20,000 nucleotides of DNA, taken from positions 48,413 through 68,412 of the forward strand of contig JBNGIO010006231.1 in NCBI GenBank assembly GCA_049999805.1. Direction: 5' to 3'. A program made the position numbers and the translations under genes. The notes under the pieces are model-generated. The model did no database searches. It worked only from the letters and a program-made list of their open reading frames with translations, and was not told the DNA's origin. This document shows, piece after piece, positions 1-16,270 of this stretch; within the stretch, counting starts at the first letter, position 1, and each line of letters begins with the position of its first letter. This DNA is from Folioceros fuciformis. Lineage: Eukaryota.

Positions 1-934
1 GCGCGATCTAGGTCAAGCCACGTCGGGCCGCAGCAACATAAATCCGTCCCCGCGTCCAAGATGCCTGCTCGCTTCGGATCTCGAGCCCTTCCGCCTGCAG
101 GAGCCGGAACAGAAGCATCAACCTGACCGCGAGCTCCGATCTTGGCCAACGCCGAAAGCTGACGGCGCGGGCAGCACGCGAGGTAGAGCAGCGCGGGTCG
201 GCGGGACTGGAGACGATGCGCGAGGAGGCGCGCGATGAAGTGGCTCGAGAGGATGGAAAAGAGGCGGGCACAGGCTACGAAAAGAAGGGAAGAGGTTGCG
301 GTGAGGTGGGACAGGAGGAGAGCGCGAGCGGAGGCTGAGGAGAAGGTTGTGGTAGCACTCTACTCTCTTCATCCCTCTTCAGGGGATACCACGACCCACA
401 CCCCACTGGCCACCGGGGACCGGGGTCGCCGGAACCTTCGCGTGATCGGATCAGCTGACAGCTTGGTGCTGTTGACCGGCTCTCTGCGCCTGACACACCA
501 ATTGACCGGAGACGACGCGCTAACGTGAGGTTGCACGCACACACACGTTGGGATCATGTCAAGGCGGCAGATTCGTCCGCCGGCCAGGCGCTACAGGGTT
601 GGCCCAGACCCAGCCCCAGTCCCAGCCCACTAGCACGCTTTCCCTTTCTCGTCTATTGTCAGCGAAGCATAGCTGGTGATCCGCCAGCCTTGCAACAATG
701 CGTCTTGCTTCATCAAGGGCTTCTCCCGCCCACCACGTTGCAACGAGAGGGTGCTTCGTGTGATGGATCCCACTCGAGCTTCGAACCATTGTCCCCACAG
801 TGGTGGCAAGAGCTAGGGGATGGAATCCTCGAAGCTTGGCGATGATATGATATAATTTGCTGAGATATATGTACATTACAGCCGGTTGGAGTCGGAGAGT
901 TCTATGCGGATGTGATGAGTTATCGAGGATCGTT

Positions 935-2848
935 CTATCCTCTGGTCCGCATCACCGTGATGGTTCCGTTTCCCTCTGTGACGATCGTGGTGAGCGCAAG
1001 CACGGACCGCCCAGATCCAGGAGCATCCCGGAGGTCGGGAGGAGAAACTGGGTGAGGATGGTGGCCTCCTTCGGGCTTGCTTGATCTTGAGCTCGTGGGC
1101 CCGGAGATTCGGCGGTTGATGTCGTGGAGCGTGACGTCTCCTTGAGCTCCGCAGGGCTTGAGCAGGGCGAACGGGTAGGCCACCGACGACGGCGCAAGGC
1201 TGGATCTGGTGCGCGCAAGGGCCAGCCCCTTCCTCCCTGCAACTGCCAGAATGCCACCTTCAGTTGCATTGCATGTGAGTCAAGCCACTCCACTTCGATG
1301 CTTGCTCTGGTGTGTGTCCGTGAGTGGACGGATGTGTGCGTGTGTGCAGAAACGAGATATACCAGCAGTAGTAGAGGAGGGTCGTGATGACAGGGGAGTG
1401 AGAGAGCCCAGAAACAGGTTACACTCGGAGTCGAGGGTGGGGGGATGGCCGGAGATTAGAGGAGGACTGGGTCTGCCAAGAGGGAAGCCTTTTTTCCTGC
1501 ACCACCGTGAGCATGCAATGCAACCGAATTGAGCTCATGAGCATCGTCCTCGTCAGACATCACCGTCAGCATAGCATAACTTCACACGCTCACACAAGTA
1601 CTGGTACTGGAACTCACTTGATGCCATAGCAGTCTACAGCGAACAGGTCACGCCAGTCCCTGCTCTCTTCACAGAGCACGGCTTCACGGGACTCAAGAAC
1701 TTGCTCCTGCGAACCCTGAGACGGCTCCTGTGCTTGAGTGATGGAGCTGCGGGACAGCTCATGCTCCTGATTATGCAGCAAGCCGAGCTCCTGCTCGTAC
1801 GAGGACTCCTGCGTTTGCTCATGACTGCTGCCCTGGTCACCAAAGCGTTCACGGGGATAGCTCACATCCGCGTGCTCGCCTTCCGAGTTGTGGTACAGAA
1901 GCTGATTGCCATCATGATTATCCTGGGCCTGGGACTCGTGGTGGTCAAGGAGGTTTCGGGTTTGGTCGCATGGGTCCCTAGCTTCTCGGTTTCCGAAGCA
2001 TCTGTCCACCCATTTGTCGGACTGATCCACACTGGAGCACGGCTCATCTGCATCTCCTGGGCCAGGTTACCATATACCTCACTCATCAGTTTGCCCACTG
2101 TTGTTACATGCAATGTGACTGAGCTACACACACCTCTCGTCGACCAACTGCCTCTGCATACCTGATCTTAGGTACCATGGAGACGCAGAGGCAGAGGCTT
2201 CGTGCTCATCGGACACCTGACAGAGGCAGACACTCTAATGAGCACAGGGTCATCATGAGGCTCGCGACGTAGACTACAGCGTGCCACCGGACAAAGCAGT
2301 GAGTTACCCCAAACGCGCCATTCCCGGGCCCAAGCTGTGCTTCACAAAGCACGTCAAACTCTGAGGTGCTACAGAAGCTCAGCATGCGTCGCCTCTTGAA
2401 CCGGCTTTTGGGAGGACTGGATGCACCTTCTTCATGACCTACACCTCGCAGTCCCAACAGGAGGACACTTCATGAGCAACTCCTGATCACACCAGCACAG
2501 ACACTTGCATCCAAACGCCGCAGCAAAAACCTGCACCGCAGCCACTTACTCACCTCCACTGCTGGAAAGTCCATAAGACCACGACTGCACCCTCTCCGGC
2601 CCCGGAGTGGACCCAAACAGGGACTTGGACTGGGCTTCGGCTTGAGACAAGTCTTGCAGAAACGACTGAGAGATGGCTGTAGGATAGATTCACAGCAGCA
2701 GTGTGACGGTGAGGTCCCGGAGAAAGCCAATCACACGTTGTGCGTACCAGAAACAATGAGCGTGACGGAAGAGACCAACGAGCCACGCACCTAATGGAGA
2801 CTCGGCATCAAGCTTGTACGCATCGTCTTGCCAGTCCCAGGGCTCCAT
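935..2848 (-). CDS. XRI1: XRI1-like (X-ray induced 1 family) protein, 7 exons, about 413 aa
   Basis: GT-AG exons 2848-2791, 2676-2554, 2438-2308, 2216-2162, 2056-1618, 1496-1363 and 1236-935 join in frame. Family-type motifs: N-terminal WDWQ, KRRRMLSF, SDKWVDRCF, VAYPFALLKPCGAQGDVTLHDINRRI, and C-terminal SGRSVLALTTIVTEGNGTITVMRTRG*. Confidence 0.85.
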
Positions 2849-4363
2849 AACGTAGGAATGCGAACAACACACCCCCAGAAGCGGAACCCAATTCAGTCAC
2901 ACTGGCATTCCGACTCCTACCTCACATATCACTCCCCCGCGTACAGCCACATTTCTTTTTCCCCAAGACAGTGCCGCATCAAGGCCCCCCGCTCCAAGAG
3001 GCGAAGCAATCGCAAATCGAATTGAAAAAACGGGGGGCATTCCAAGCCGCGCAGCAGCTGACTGTATTCGGCAGCGGAGAGGTGACGCCCAATTGGTGGG
3101 TCCGCAACGCGCCGTCTTGCTCCCAAAGAAACCCAAGACACCCAAAACCAAGACAAGCCCAGCCCTCAAGGCCTGCTGCCTGCCGCCATGCGTACTTCCG
3201 GGTCCACACCCGACAGTGTCAAGTTCACGAGGAGGATTACCACCTCGGGACACCTCGGTGCATCGACAATCGCGCCAGCCACACGATCAAGCCTGAAGCT
3301 AAACAGGGTGAGCAGTCGGCTCAAGAAACAACAAACAAAGCGCAGCAGCCACTGCAGGAACAGCAGCAGCAGCAGCCACAGTGGCAAGCTGAAAGCGAGG
3401 TCGCCTTGAAACCGATCTTGCCGACCCAACTTGCTCTGCGTCTGCCGTGGAAGGTTGGCCAGCGCCAGCCAGATGATTCAACGGAAGGACAGCGGCTGTG
3501 GCAGGAACAGCATGCCATCCAGGCCCAGGGGCATTAAATGCCTGCCGAGCTGATTTCACGCCCCGGGTGGCGCGGGCCTATAAAGAAGCGGCAGTTACGG
3601 GCCAAGGGGTAAAAGGAGGCCTGGCCACGAGGTGACTAGAGTGTCGGGGAGTCGGGGTGAGTCGTGACGCTGGTCCAGACCCCCGACACGTGTATCGTGA
3701 CGCTCCTGTGGGTGGAAACGGAAACCGTTGAGGCAAGCGAATTAAGACGGCGGCCATGCTTGTCGTGGCAACCATAAACCCAGAGCCTTCCTTCCGTTTG
3801 CCACACAGCGCGCAGCGCACAGAATCGCGGGCTCCAAGCCACCAGCACACCGGCATCATCGTCACCTTGAGACTTCAAACCTCGCTAATCGACTTCGCGT
3901 ATCGCGTATGTACTGCGTTCGGCAAGTAGCATCTCACCAGCTTTCCGGCCTGCATAAAACTGAGTGCCGCCCGAAACGGCTGCGACTGCGGCAACCACTT
4001 CCTTCAATAATTGGCGAGGCGAGGCAGAAGAGACGGGGGATGTAACATGTTCGCAATCTTGGGATACAGGGAATGTACCCACTACATACCCCAGATCCCA
4101 CCTTCCTCACAGAGGAACACCAGACTATAGACGGACAGCTTTGGACCCACCAAAAAGATGTACGAGAGCGATAAGAGGATATACCAGACAGGACAGGCCC
4201 ACCTAATGATGCCCCACCCGCTCCAGCGTGACAACACGCATGTACCTCTATTTGACCCAAAGCTGGAGTGAAGTCACGGGCGAGGAGACTGATTGAGGGA
4301 AGGATGATGGCAGCATTGCAGCTCTGATCTGATTCACATACACTAGGTGGGAGCCAGGTCAAC

Positions 4364-7260
<2,897 letters not shown>

Positions 7261-7484
7261 CTCTTATAATTCCAGCAATACGATGCTGGACACAGGGTCA
7301 CTGGCTTGTGTCATGAGATCGCTCCAACTTCCATGCAAGCTGGAGTTTATAGGCGGATACATCGCGCGATAGGATTAGTAAAAACCTAAAGCAACAAGAG
7401 GACTCGTCCGACAACCTTCCTTACGCACCAAGCTTAAAAGAGGACGCGAGTTTCATGCACGGATCAAAACTCAAAATGCCAACT
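7261..7484. promoter_or_regulatory. Short divergent (bidirectional) promoter region, CNOT11 / IMD
   Basis: Only 224 bp separate the head-to-head start codons at 7260 (-) and 7485 (+). Confidence 0.6.
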
Positions 7485-9700
<2,216 letters not shown>

Positions 9701-9893
9701 TACACGGAGGGACCAAGGGAGCCAGAAACCAATAATCCGCAACGAAAAGAAGATGAGTCACGGCTGTAGTGTAGGTACTCAAGTGATCAGCACATTATGC
9801 AATTTTGGCGAGCTCATTTTGAGAGTATTTAAGAAAGAATGGGGGGCAAGAAATACCGTCTGTTAAGCGCTGTTTCTGTGCCTTATTGATGTA

Positions 9894-11079
9894 TTAGACA
9901 AAATCTACTCTGTCTTTCTCGGCTAATTTCCTCACAGCAGAGTATCTCACAATGTGCAAGTCATCAGGCGTCATGTCTACCGTCTCGTCTCCCCTGCAGA
10001 AGATCACATGTCCAAAGTCATGGCACCCATGTCATGTCTTTCACGCAAGGCCAGCTAACAGCAACAAAAGCGGCACGCTGTGTCTTACTTCTCATCCAGC
10101 TGGATGGACCCGATGTTGTCTTTACTCCGGCAGAACACATAGGTGTCCAGCTTTGGAGTGGGCACTGAAGTACAAGTTAAGCAGCAAGACAAAGAGAATG
10201 CCAAAGCAAAACTAGTACGACGGCAATCACAAGCGTTGATGCGGATACTCATGTCGACTTCTGCGTTGGAGTCCACCTGCCTGAGCATGCTCCTATATCC
10301 CTCTGGTAATCTGTTCAAAACCGAATAGTGCAAGTGCTTCTCGAGAACGTCACTGTACCTGCCACCGACGTGCACAGTGGTCACATGAACATCACAGCAT
10401 GATGCTTCCACCACAGGATCCCGTGAACGTGCCTGAACTTGGAAACTTCAAGCTCACCACAATGCAACATTGAACGCTTCGACCTGTGGTTCTGCGAGGT
10501 GATGCTCACCTTTCCGCATACCGCTTCTCTTCTGCCGACAGCCTATCGAAGGTCTCTGGACTACTTCCAACGTACAGCACATGTTTCTCAATCTGCAGGC
10601 GAAGAACAAGGCTAAGAAGGAAGTGAGCGGAGACGCAAATTTCTCACAAGGCTTGGCAGGGCAGGGCAAGGGCAAACAAGCGTACCTTTGAAAGCCGGGT
10701 ACGCAGATATGATCTGAGCAGAAACTGGATCCTGTTCAGATCCATGCGGTACATGGACAGAACCAGCTCCTGAGTACCTTCTCCCTCCAATTCCATTATA
10801 CTCCGCTCCTGCGCACCAACAAGGACTAACTCCCAGCCAACGCGGCTTCTTTTCCAGAACCAACGGGACAGAAATAGAACCGCGCAGGATGCAAGGGCGT
10901 ACCACGAGCTCAATTCGCTCCCGAATCCGCTGGACAAGCGGAGTTCGGACGGGCAAAATTTCAGGTGCCACCTTCTCGTTGCGCCACACTGCATTGAGCA
11001 GTTCCGCATCACTGCGGCCATCCCCGAACTCTGTATCGTCCCAATCTCCTGCCGTGGATGCTCCTGGGCTCTGGTCCAT
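9894..11079 (-). CDS. SLD5: DNA replication GINS complex subunit SLD5 (GINS4), 6 exons
   Basis: DAELLNAVWRNEKVAPEILP, MYRMDLNRIQFLLRSYLRTRLSKIEKH, RLSAEEKRYA, PTPKLDTYVFCRSK and DDLHIVRYSAVRKLAEKDRVDFV*; exons join in frame via GT-AG introns. Confidence 0.93.
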
Positions 11080-11239
11080 AGTGGGAGTCCGGCAGACGGC
11101 GCAGTCAGACTAGGATAGCTGCGACCGCGAATGCATTCAAATCTGTGACGGAAGGAATCGGGGTGTGAAATCGCAGCCTGATTAGGGTCCGAAGGAGATC
11201 GAAACAAACAACGTTGAAGCCAACGCAGTAGTGACGCGC
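11080..11239. promoter_or_regulatory. Short divergent promoter region, SLD5 / PPR-DYW
   Basis: 160 bp separate ATG 11079 (-) from the proposed PPR ATG 11240 (+). This depends on the inferred PPR first exon. Confidence 0.5.
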
Positions 11240-14176
11240 ATGACGAGGAGAATGAAGAGAAGTGGTGGGTTGGGCTGGCGTCCGCTTCTGTCCTGCCTAG
11301 TTGTGGGCAGCGAGCACACTGGAAGCAGAGGTTTGGAGGAATGTTGCAGGTATTTGTCGTATTTCCAGGTCGCAGTGGAGCGACCTGGATTCGCTGCAGA
11401 CCCACTGCAGTTCTGGGACAAGAGGTTGAACAAGGTAATTCATGTCACAGATTGGTGCCTTAAGCATGGCTACGAGGTAGATGTTGTTGGGGCGTTTAAT
11501 TGTTGCAATTTGCAGAAAATCCTGAACTCTTCGGACTCCCTGCACAGCGTGACGAGGAACGCGCTGCGGGTTCAGGTGCAGCCCTCCTGGGTCGAGGAAC
11601 GTGGACAAGGATTACAGGCTGGGATTCCGGTTAGAGAACCTGGGAGGTCTGGTCTTGAACTTTGGATCATTCGGTAGGGTCTGGCAGGCTTGGAATGAGA
11701 GCATTCACACTCCTGCCCGTTTTGCAGGATAAGAACCCTGGATGGAGGGCCTCTTGATGTTGGACTCTGGACGAAAATATGTGAGGAGGGAAAGCTCTGT
11801 GAGGCAGTCCAGGTCTTGCACATCTTCGCGCAGGGTGGGTCGTATGTTGCAGGATCGCTCTTGTATCATGTCCTTAAGGGTTGCATTTCGAGGAAAGACT
11901 TGGTCGTTGGCAAACGTGTTCATGATCTTACTGTTGCAATCGGGTATGAGTCAAACGTGTTTCTGGCGAACCATCTGATCCGCATGTATGCTTCTCATGG
12001 GAGACTCCAGGAAGCAATGCAGGTGTTCAGCAAGCTTGCTGCGCCAGATTCGTTTATGTGGGATTCCATCATCTGGGCGCATGCTGATCGTCAGCAGCCT
12101 GCACAGGCTTTAAGTTTGTATCAACGGATGCTAGAGTCCGCGGTGAAGCCGAGTAACTATACATTTGTGGCGGTGCTGAAAGCTTGTGCTGGTGCAAAGG
12201 ATTTGGCGTTTGGCAAGCGAGTTCATGCAGATGTTCTCAAGAGTGCTGAGGAGCCAGACAGACTTGTTTGCAACTCTTTGGTGGACATGTACGCCAAGTG
12301 TGGAAGCTTGAAGAAAGCGCGGGAAGTGTTTGACACGTTGTCCACAAAAGATGTGGTGACATGGAATACCATGTTTGGAGGGTATGCTCAGCATGGTTTT
12401 GGTCACGAAGCTCTCATGCTTTACAGCGAAGGGATGTCTCGGAAGTCCTTCACTCCGGATAGTGTTACATTTGTGTGTCTCCTCAAAGCGTGCGCCATCA
12501 TTGGAGCTCTATGTGAGGGCAAACAGCTCCATCGTGAACTTCAGAAAGCAGGCTTGGAGGCTGACGTGGTGGTTGGAAGCAGCCTTGTAGATATGTATGC
12601 GAAGTGTGGCAGCTTACCTGATGCTCGTGACGTTTTTGACGGAATGTCTTCAAAGAATGTGGTGACTTGGACTTCTATGATTTCAGGATATGCTCAGAAT
12701 GGTCTAGGTCACGAAGCTCTTACCCTTTACAAAGGTATGCAACAGGAAGGCGTCACCCCAGCAAACCAAGTTACTTTTGTTTGCCTACTAAACGCTTGTG
12801 CCAGTATCGGAGCTCTAGCTGAGGGGAAGGAGCTTCATTTCCAGATTCAAGGAAGAGGTCTGGAGTCTGATGTGGTTGTCGGCAGCTGCCTGGTGGACAT
12901 GTATGCAAAATGCGGTGACATAGAAGAAGCAAAACGAGTGTTTGATGGATTGCACTCCAAAAACGTGGTCACCTGGACTGCCATGATCACTGCGTATTCT
13001 CATGGTGGGCTTGTTCAAGAGGCCCTCATGCTTTATGAAAGTATGCAAAAAGAGGGCATTACTCCCGCAGACTCATTTACATTTGTCTGCCTGCTGAAAG
13101 CATGTGCCAGTGTCGGAGCATTGCAACAAGGAAGGGAACTTCATTCTCAAATAGAAGAAAGGGGCCTCGAAGCTGACATGGTCATTGGCAACAGCCTGGT
13201 AGACATGTATGCAAAATGTGGGAATTTGGGCAGTGCCCGTCGAGTGCTTGACAGATTGCCCAGACCCGATGTCGTGACATGGACTGCTTTGTTGAATGGG
13301 TACGCCCAACAGAACGACAGCCAAATGGCAAGGCAGTGCTTTCAAGAGATGCTACAGCATGGGGTTGAACCAGACCATGCTACCTTCACCTGCCTACTGG
13401 TGGCCTGCAGCCACGAGGGTCTCGTGAATGAGGGACAGCAGTATTTCAAGATGATGAAGGAAGATTATGGCATCACACCCAATTTATATCACTACAACTG
13501 CATGGTTGATCTTCTTGGACGGTGTGGCCACCTAGCTGACGCAGAGCTTATGTTGCAAACCATGCCATTTGATGGCGACGAGGTCGGCTGGACATCCTTG
13601 CTTACGGCCTGCAAAACACATGGTGATGTAGACCGTGGAAGGCGATGCTTCGACCGTCTCATCCAGTTGCAACCCCAAAACTCAGCCGCGTACATACTTC
13701 TGACGGATTTGTACTCCAGTGCTGGAAGGTGGAGGGATGTAAGCAAAATAGAACACTTGCGAAGATCGGCAGGTGCTAGCAAGATGCCTGCAAAGGCTTG
13801 GATTGAGGTGGACAGCAAGGTGCATTCCTTCAGCGTGGGCGAAGAAAGGGCTGACATCTCCTCGAAACTGAGGAGTGTGAATCTCCTGCTGAACCAGGAA
13901 GCAGAACTCAGCAAGCCATCCATGAAGCTAGCATCTGAGAAAGAACTGGAGGATTCATTGTGCGGACATGCTGAGAAACTTGCTCTGGCATATGGTCTCC
14001 TGAACACTCCAGACGGCACAACTTTACGTGTCACTAAGAACCTTCGGATGTGTGATGACTGTCACACTGGCACCAAAGTGATATCCAGAATTGAGCAGCG
14101 AGAGATCATAGTCAGAGATGCACACCGGCTTCACCACTTTGTGGATGGATTTTGTTCTTGTGGAGATCGCCATTAG
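11240..14176 (+). CDS. PLS-class pentatricopeptide repeat protein with E1-E2 and a variant DYW (DYW:KP, DRH-ending) domain; putative organellar RNA editing factor
   Basis: The long exon (about 11728-14176) encodes about 17 P/L/S motifs (e.g. SLVDMYAKCG, VVTWT, TFVCLLKAC), E1/E2, then KMPAKAWIEV..HAEKLA..KNLRMCDDCH..CSCGDRH*. The upstream same-frame ORF (ATG 11240 or 11252, basic targeting-peptide-like) joins by a 54-nt GT-AG intron 11674-11727 that removes two stops. A further in-frame intron at 11435-11515 is possible. The 5' end is less certain. Confidence 0.93.
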
Positions 14177-14263
14177 TTTGTCTCTTTTAAGAGACGTGTG
14201 AATAACGTGATTTTGGTGAAAGCCTTCGTCCGGATTCCTTCCAACTTCCCCCTTTTCACGGCT

Positions 14264-14932
14264 ATGGCTGCCTTACAGTGCCTCCATCTTCAGGTTGCGG
14301 CGCCTGCAACGCACCCGCGGCGATATGGCCCTGCGTTGGAGCGACCAGCGGTGGCGGCGACTACCTCGGGAAAGCTTTCATGGACGTCGGCAATGCAGGC
14401 ATGCCCTCTGGTGAAATCGCTGGAGTATCGGCAAGCTCGGGCCATCCAGGTTTGTAGCTGCTCCCTTATTCCCGAGGGTTTGGCCTCGAGAGCGAGCCTC
14501 TTTGTTTGACGTCCGGAGAACCGTGTGCAGGCCCCGTTCACGGTCCATGCCGCCTGGACCAGGCGCTCCAAGGGAGACCAGAGCGCTCCGAGTAAGAAGA
14601 GGTCGTGGGGTCAGCGTGCAGACAAGTACATGAAGCCCTTCATGCTGGACGTGTACATCTCGAAGAAGTACGTGAACGCCAAGGTCACTCACAGAGTAAC
14701 GGGCAGGGTGGTGTCCGTGGCTACAAGCAACGCAAGGGACATGAGAGAATCTCTGCGCTCCCTTTCGGATGACCACGCCTGTAAGGTCATCTCCAGACTC
14801 CTCGCTGAGCGGACAAAAGAAGCAGACGTTTACAGTGTCAAATTCGAGCTTCGGAAGAACGAGAAATTTGAAGGCAAGCTGGCACTGGTAGTGAACACTG
14901 TGGCAGAGGAGGGGATAACGGTCATGGTGTAA
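14264..14932 (+). CDS. Organellar ribosomal protein uL18-like (L18p/L5e family), probably plastid-targeted, 2 exons
   Basis: Exon 14264-14449 is transit-peptide-like (MAALQCLHLQVAAPA...), followed by intron 14450-14530. Exon 14531-14932 encodes AWTRRS..SWGQRADKYMKPFMLDVYISKKYVNAKVTHRVTGRVVSVATSN..LLAERTKEADV..FEGKL, typical of plant uL18-like paralogs. Confidence 0.85.
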
Positions 14933-16270
14933 ACACACCTGGGAGAGCAGCACTGGCTGAATGCAATCCTGCACGGTCTAAGGTTTGGGCATTCATGCAA
15001 CGCCTTCCAGGTGCACCAACCTTCCTTCTACTGTCTCTGTCTGTCTCACGCTGACTTCCGCTGAAGCAAGGACTCACAGGTTTGCATAAACCACGCAGGT
15101 GAAGGTGCAGCAAGCTCACAAGGCAGTCGGTTGTGCTGTTTGCTCGGCAGCAGTTGGTGCTTGTGATTGTCGTGAGGGCTGGGAACAGATGCTTGAATGT
15201 GTACGCCTATTTGCATGATTTGGTGTGTAAGTTGTAAATCCTTAGGAAATAACGATCCCACAACCACCCAAAACGTTGCACAGGTGACGTGTTTCGAATA
15301 TCCTTGTGTAACTTCTCTTACGAAATTTCGAGTCCACAAGTCCTGTTGACAATCGACCATCTCAGTTTTCAGCGATGCTCATTCTCTTGAGGCTGTCCTT
15401 CGCAATATTATCCTCTCTTGAGGTTCCCTAGCCTGGTTTCCTTGTCATTTTCGCTATGAAAGAGATCTTGAACTGGGTCGCTGAAAGTCGCCCTGCATCT
15501 ACACATCACCCATCTCCAGAGAGTTCTCGAGAGCTGCTCGGTGAAATCCCGGGTGGTATGTTCAGGTTGCTTAGGTGAGAATCTACGATGGCTGACTATT
15601 TACTTTCGAGTGTTTGAAAGGAGATTCTTACAACAGGCACCAGTCGCGCCTCGAGGCCCCATCCTCATCACATCGAAGAATCTCACCAAGCGAGCTACCT
15701 GAAGACGACGTTCAGCCGTCATAGAGGAACACATGTATGCCTCCCGTTATCGAGGATTACTGTGTCATTTTCAGGGCTGTTTTATTATTTTCGGATCTGA
15801 TTTGAATGTGTTTGCCCTTATCTCTTGTGACCTGTCGTTGACGAGGACATTCGTCTACGGAGTTAGTGAGCCCCTCGTGGAAACACCTCTCTAGCGCAGG
15901 TCATGGTACCGGGAGATAGAAGAGAGCACGGATACAAATCTCCTTCTACTCTGCGTTCATGCAGGCCAGTGACCTACCTTTGTACTGGGTGTGTCATTCT
16001 ACTTGAACGTGGTAGGTTGCAGATAACTTCTTCTACATATTTTAGTCATAATATCGGAAACGCATTTATGGGAAGCTATGTTTTGTCACAAAGTGAGCAT
16101 GTTTTGTGCTTTTCTCAAAGTCCTTATAAAACCATAGCCCCATAGTCATGGATCTTCATTGCATGGTAGGTCAACTTTTGAGGAGTGGTTCCATTGCATC
16201 TCTTTGTTGCCCAAAGGATTGGTAACCATATTTTATGCGGATCTATAATGATATGCTCCAATAAGGTCTC

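Noticed and set aside
1-876. Several 60-106 aa ORFs on both strands
   Set aside because: No recognisable family. It looks like the XRI1-like 3' flank plus the promoter or 5' leader of a minus-strand gene continuing outside the window.
1701-2165. Hydrophobic 154-aa plus-strand ORF resembling a membrane protein
   Set aside because: Antisense shadow of the Q/E/H-rich XRI1-like exon 5.
2971-3537. 188-aa Gln-rich plus-strand ORF
   Set aside because: Non-ATG start and no domain. The polyQ comes from a (CAG)5 run antisense to the XRI1-like leader region.
11675-11698. In-frame stops upstream of the PPR array suggesting a pseudogene or editing-removed stops
   Set aside because: Both stops fall in a canonical 54-nt GT-AG intron (11674-11727), and this is a nuclear gene.
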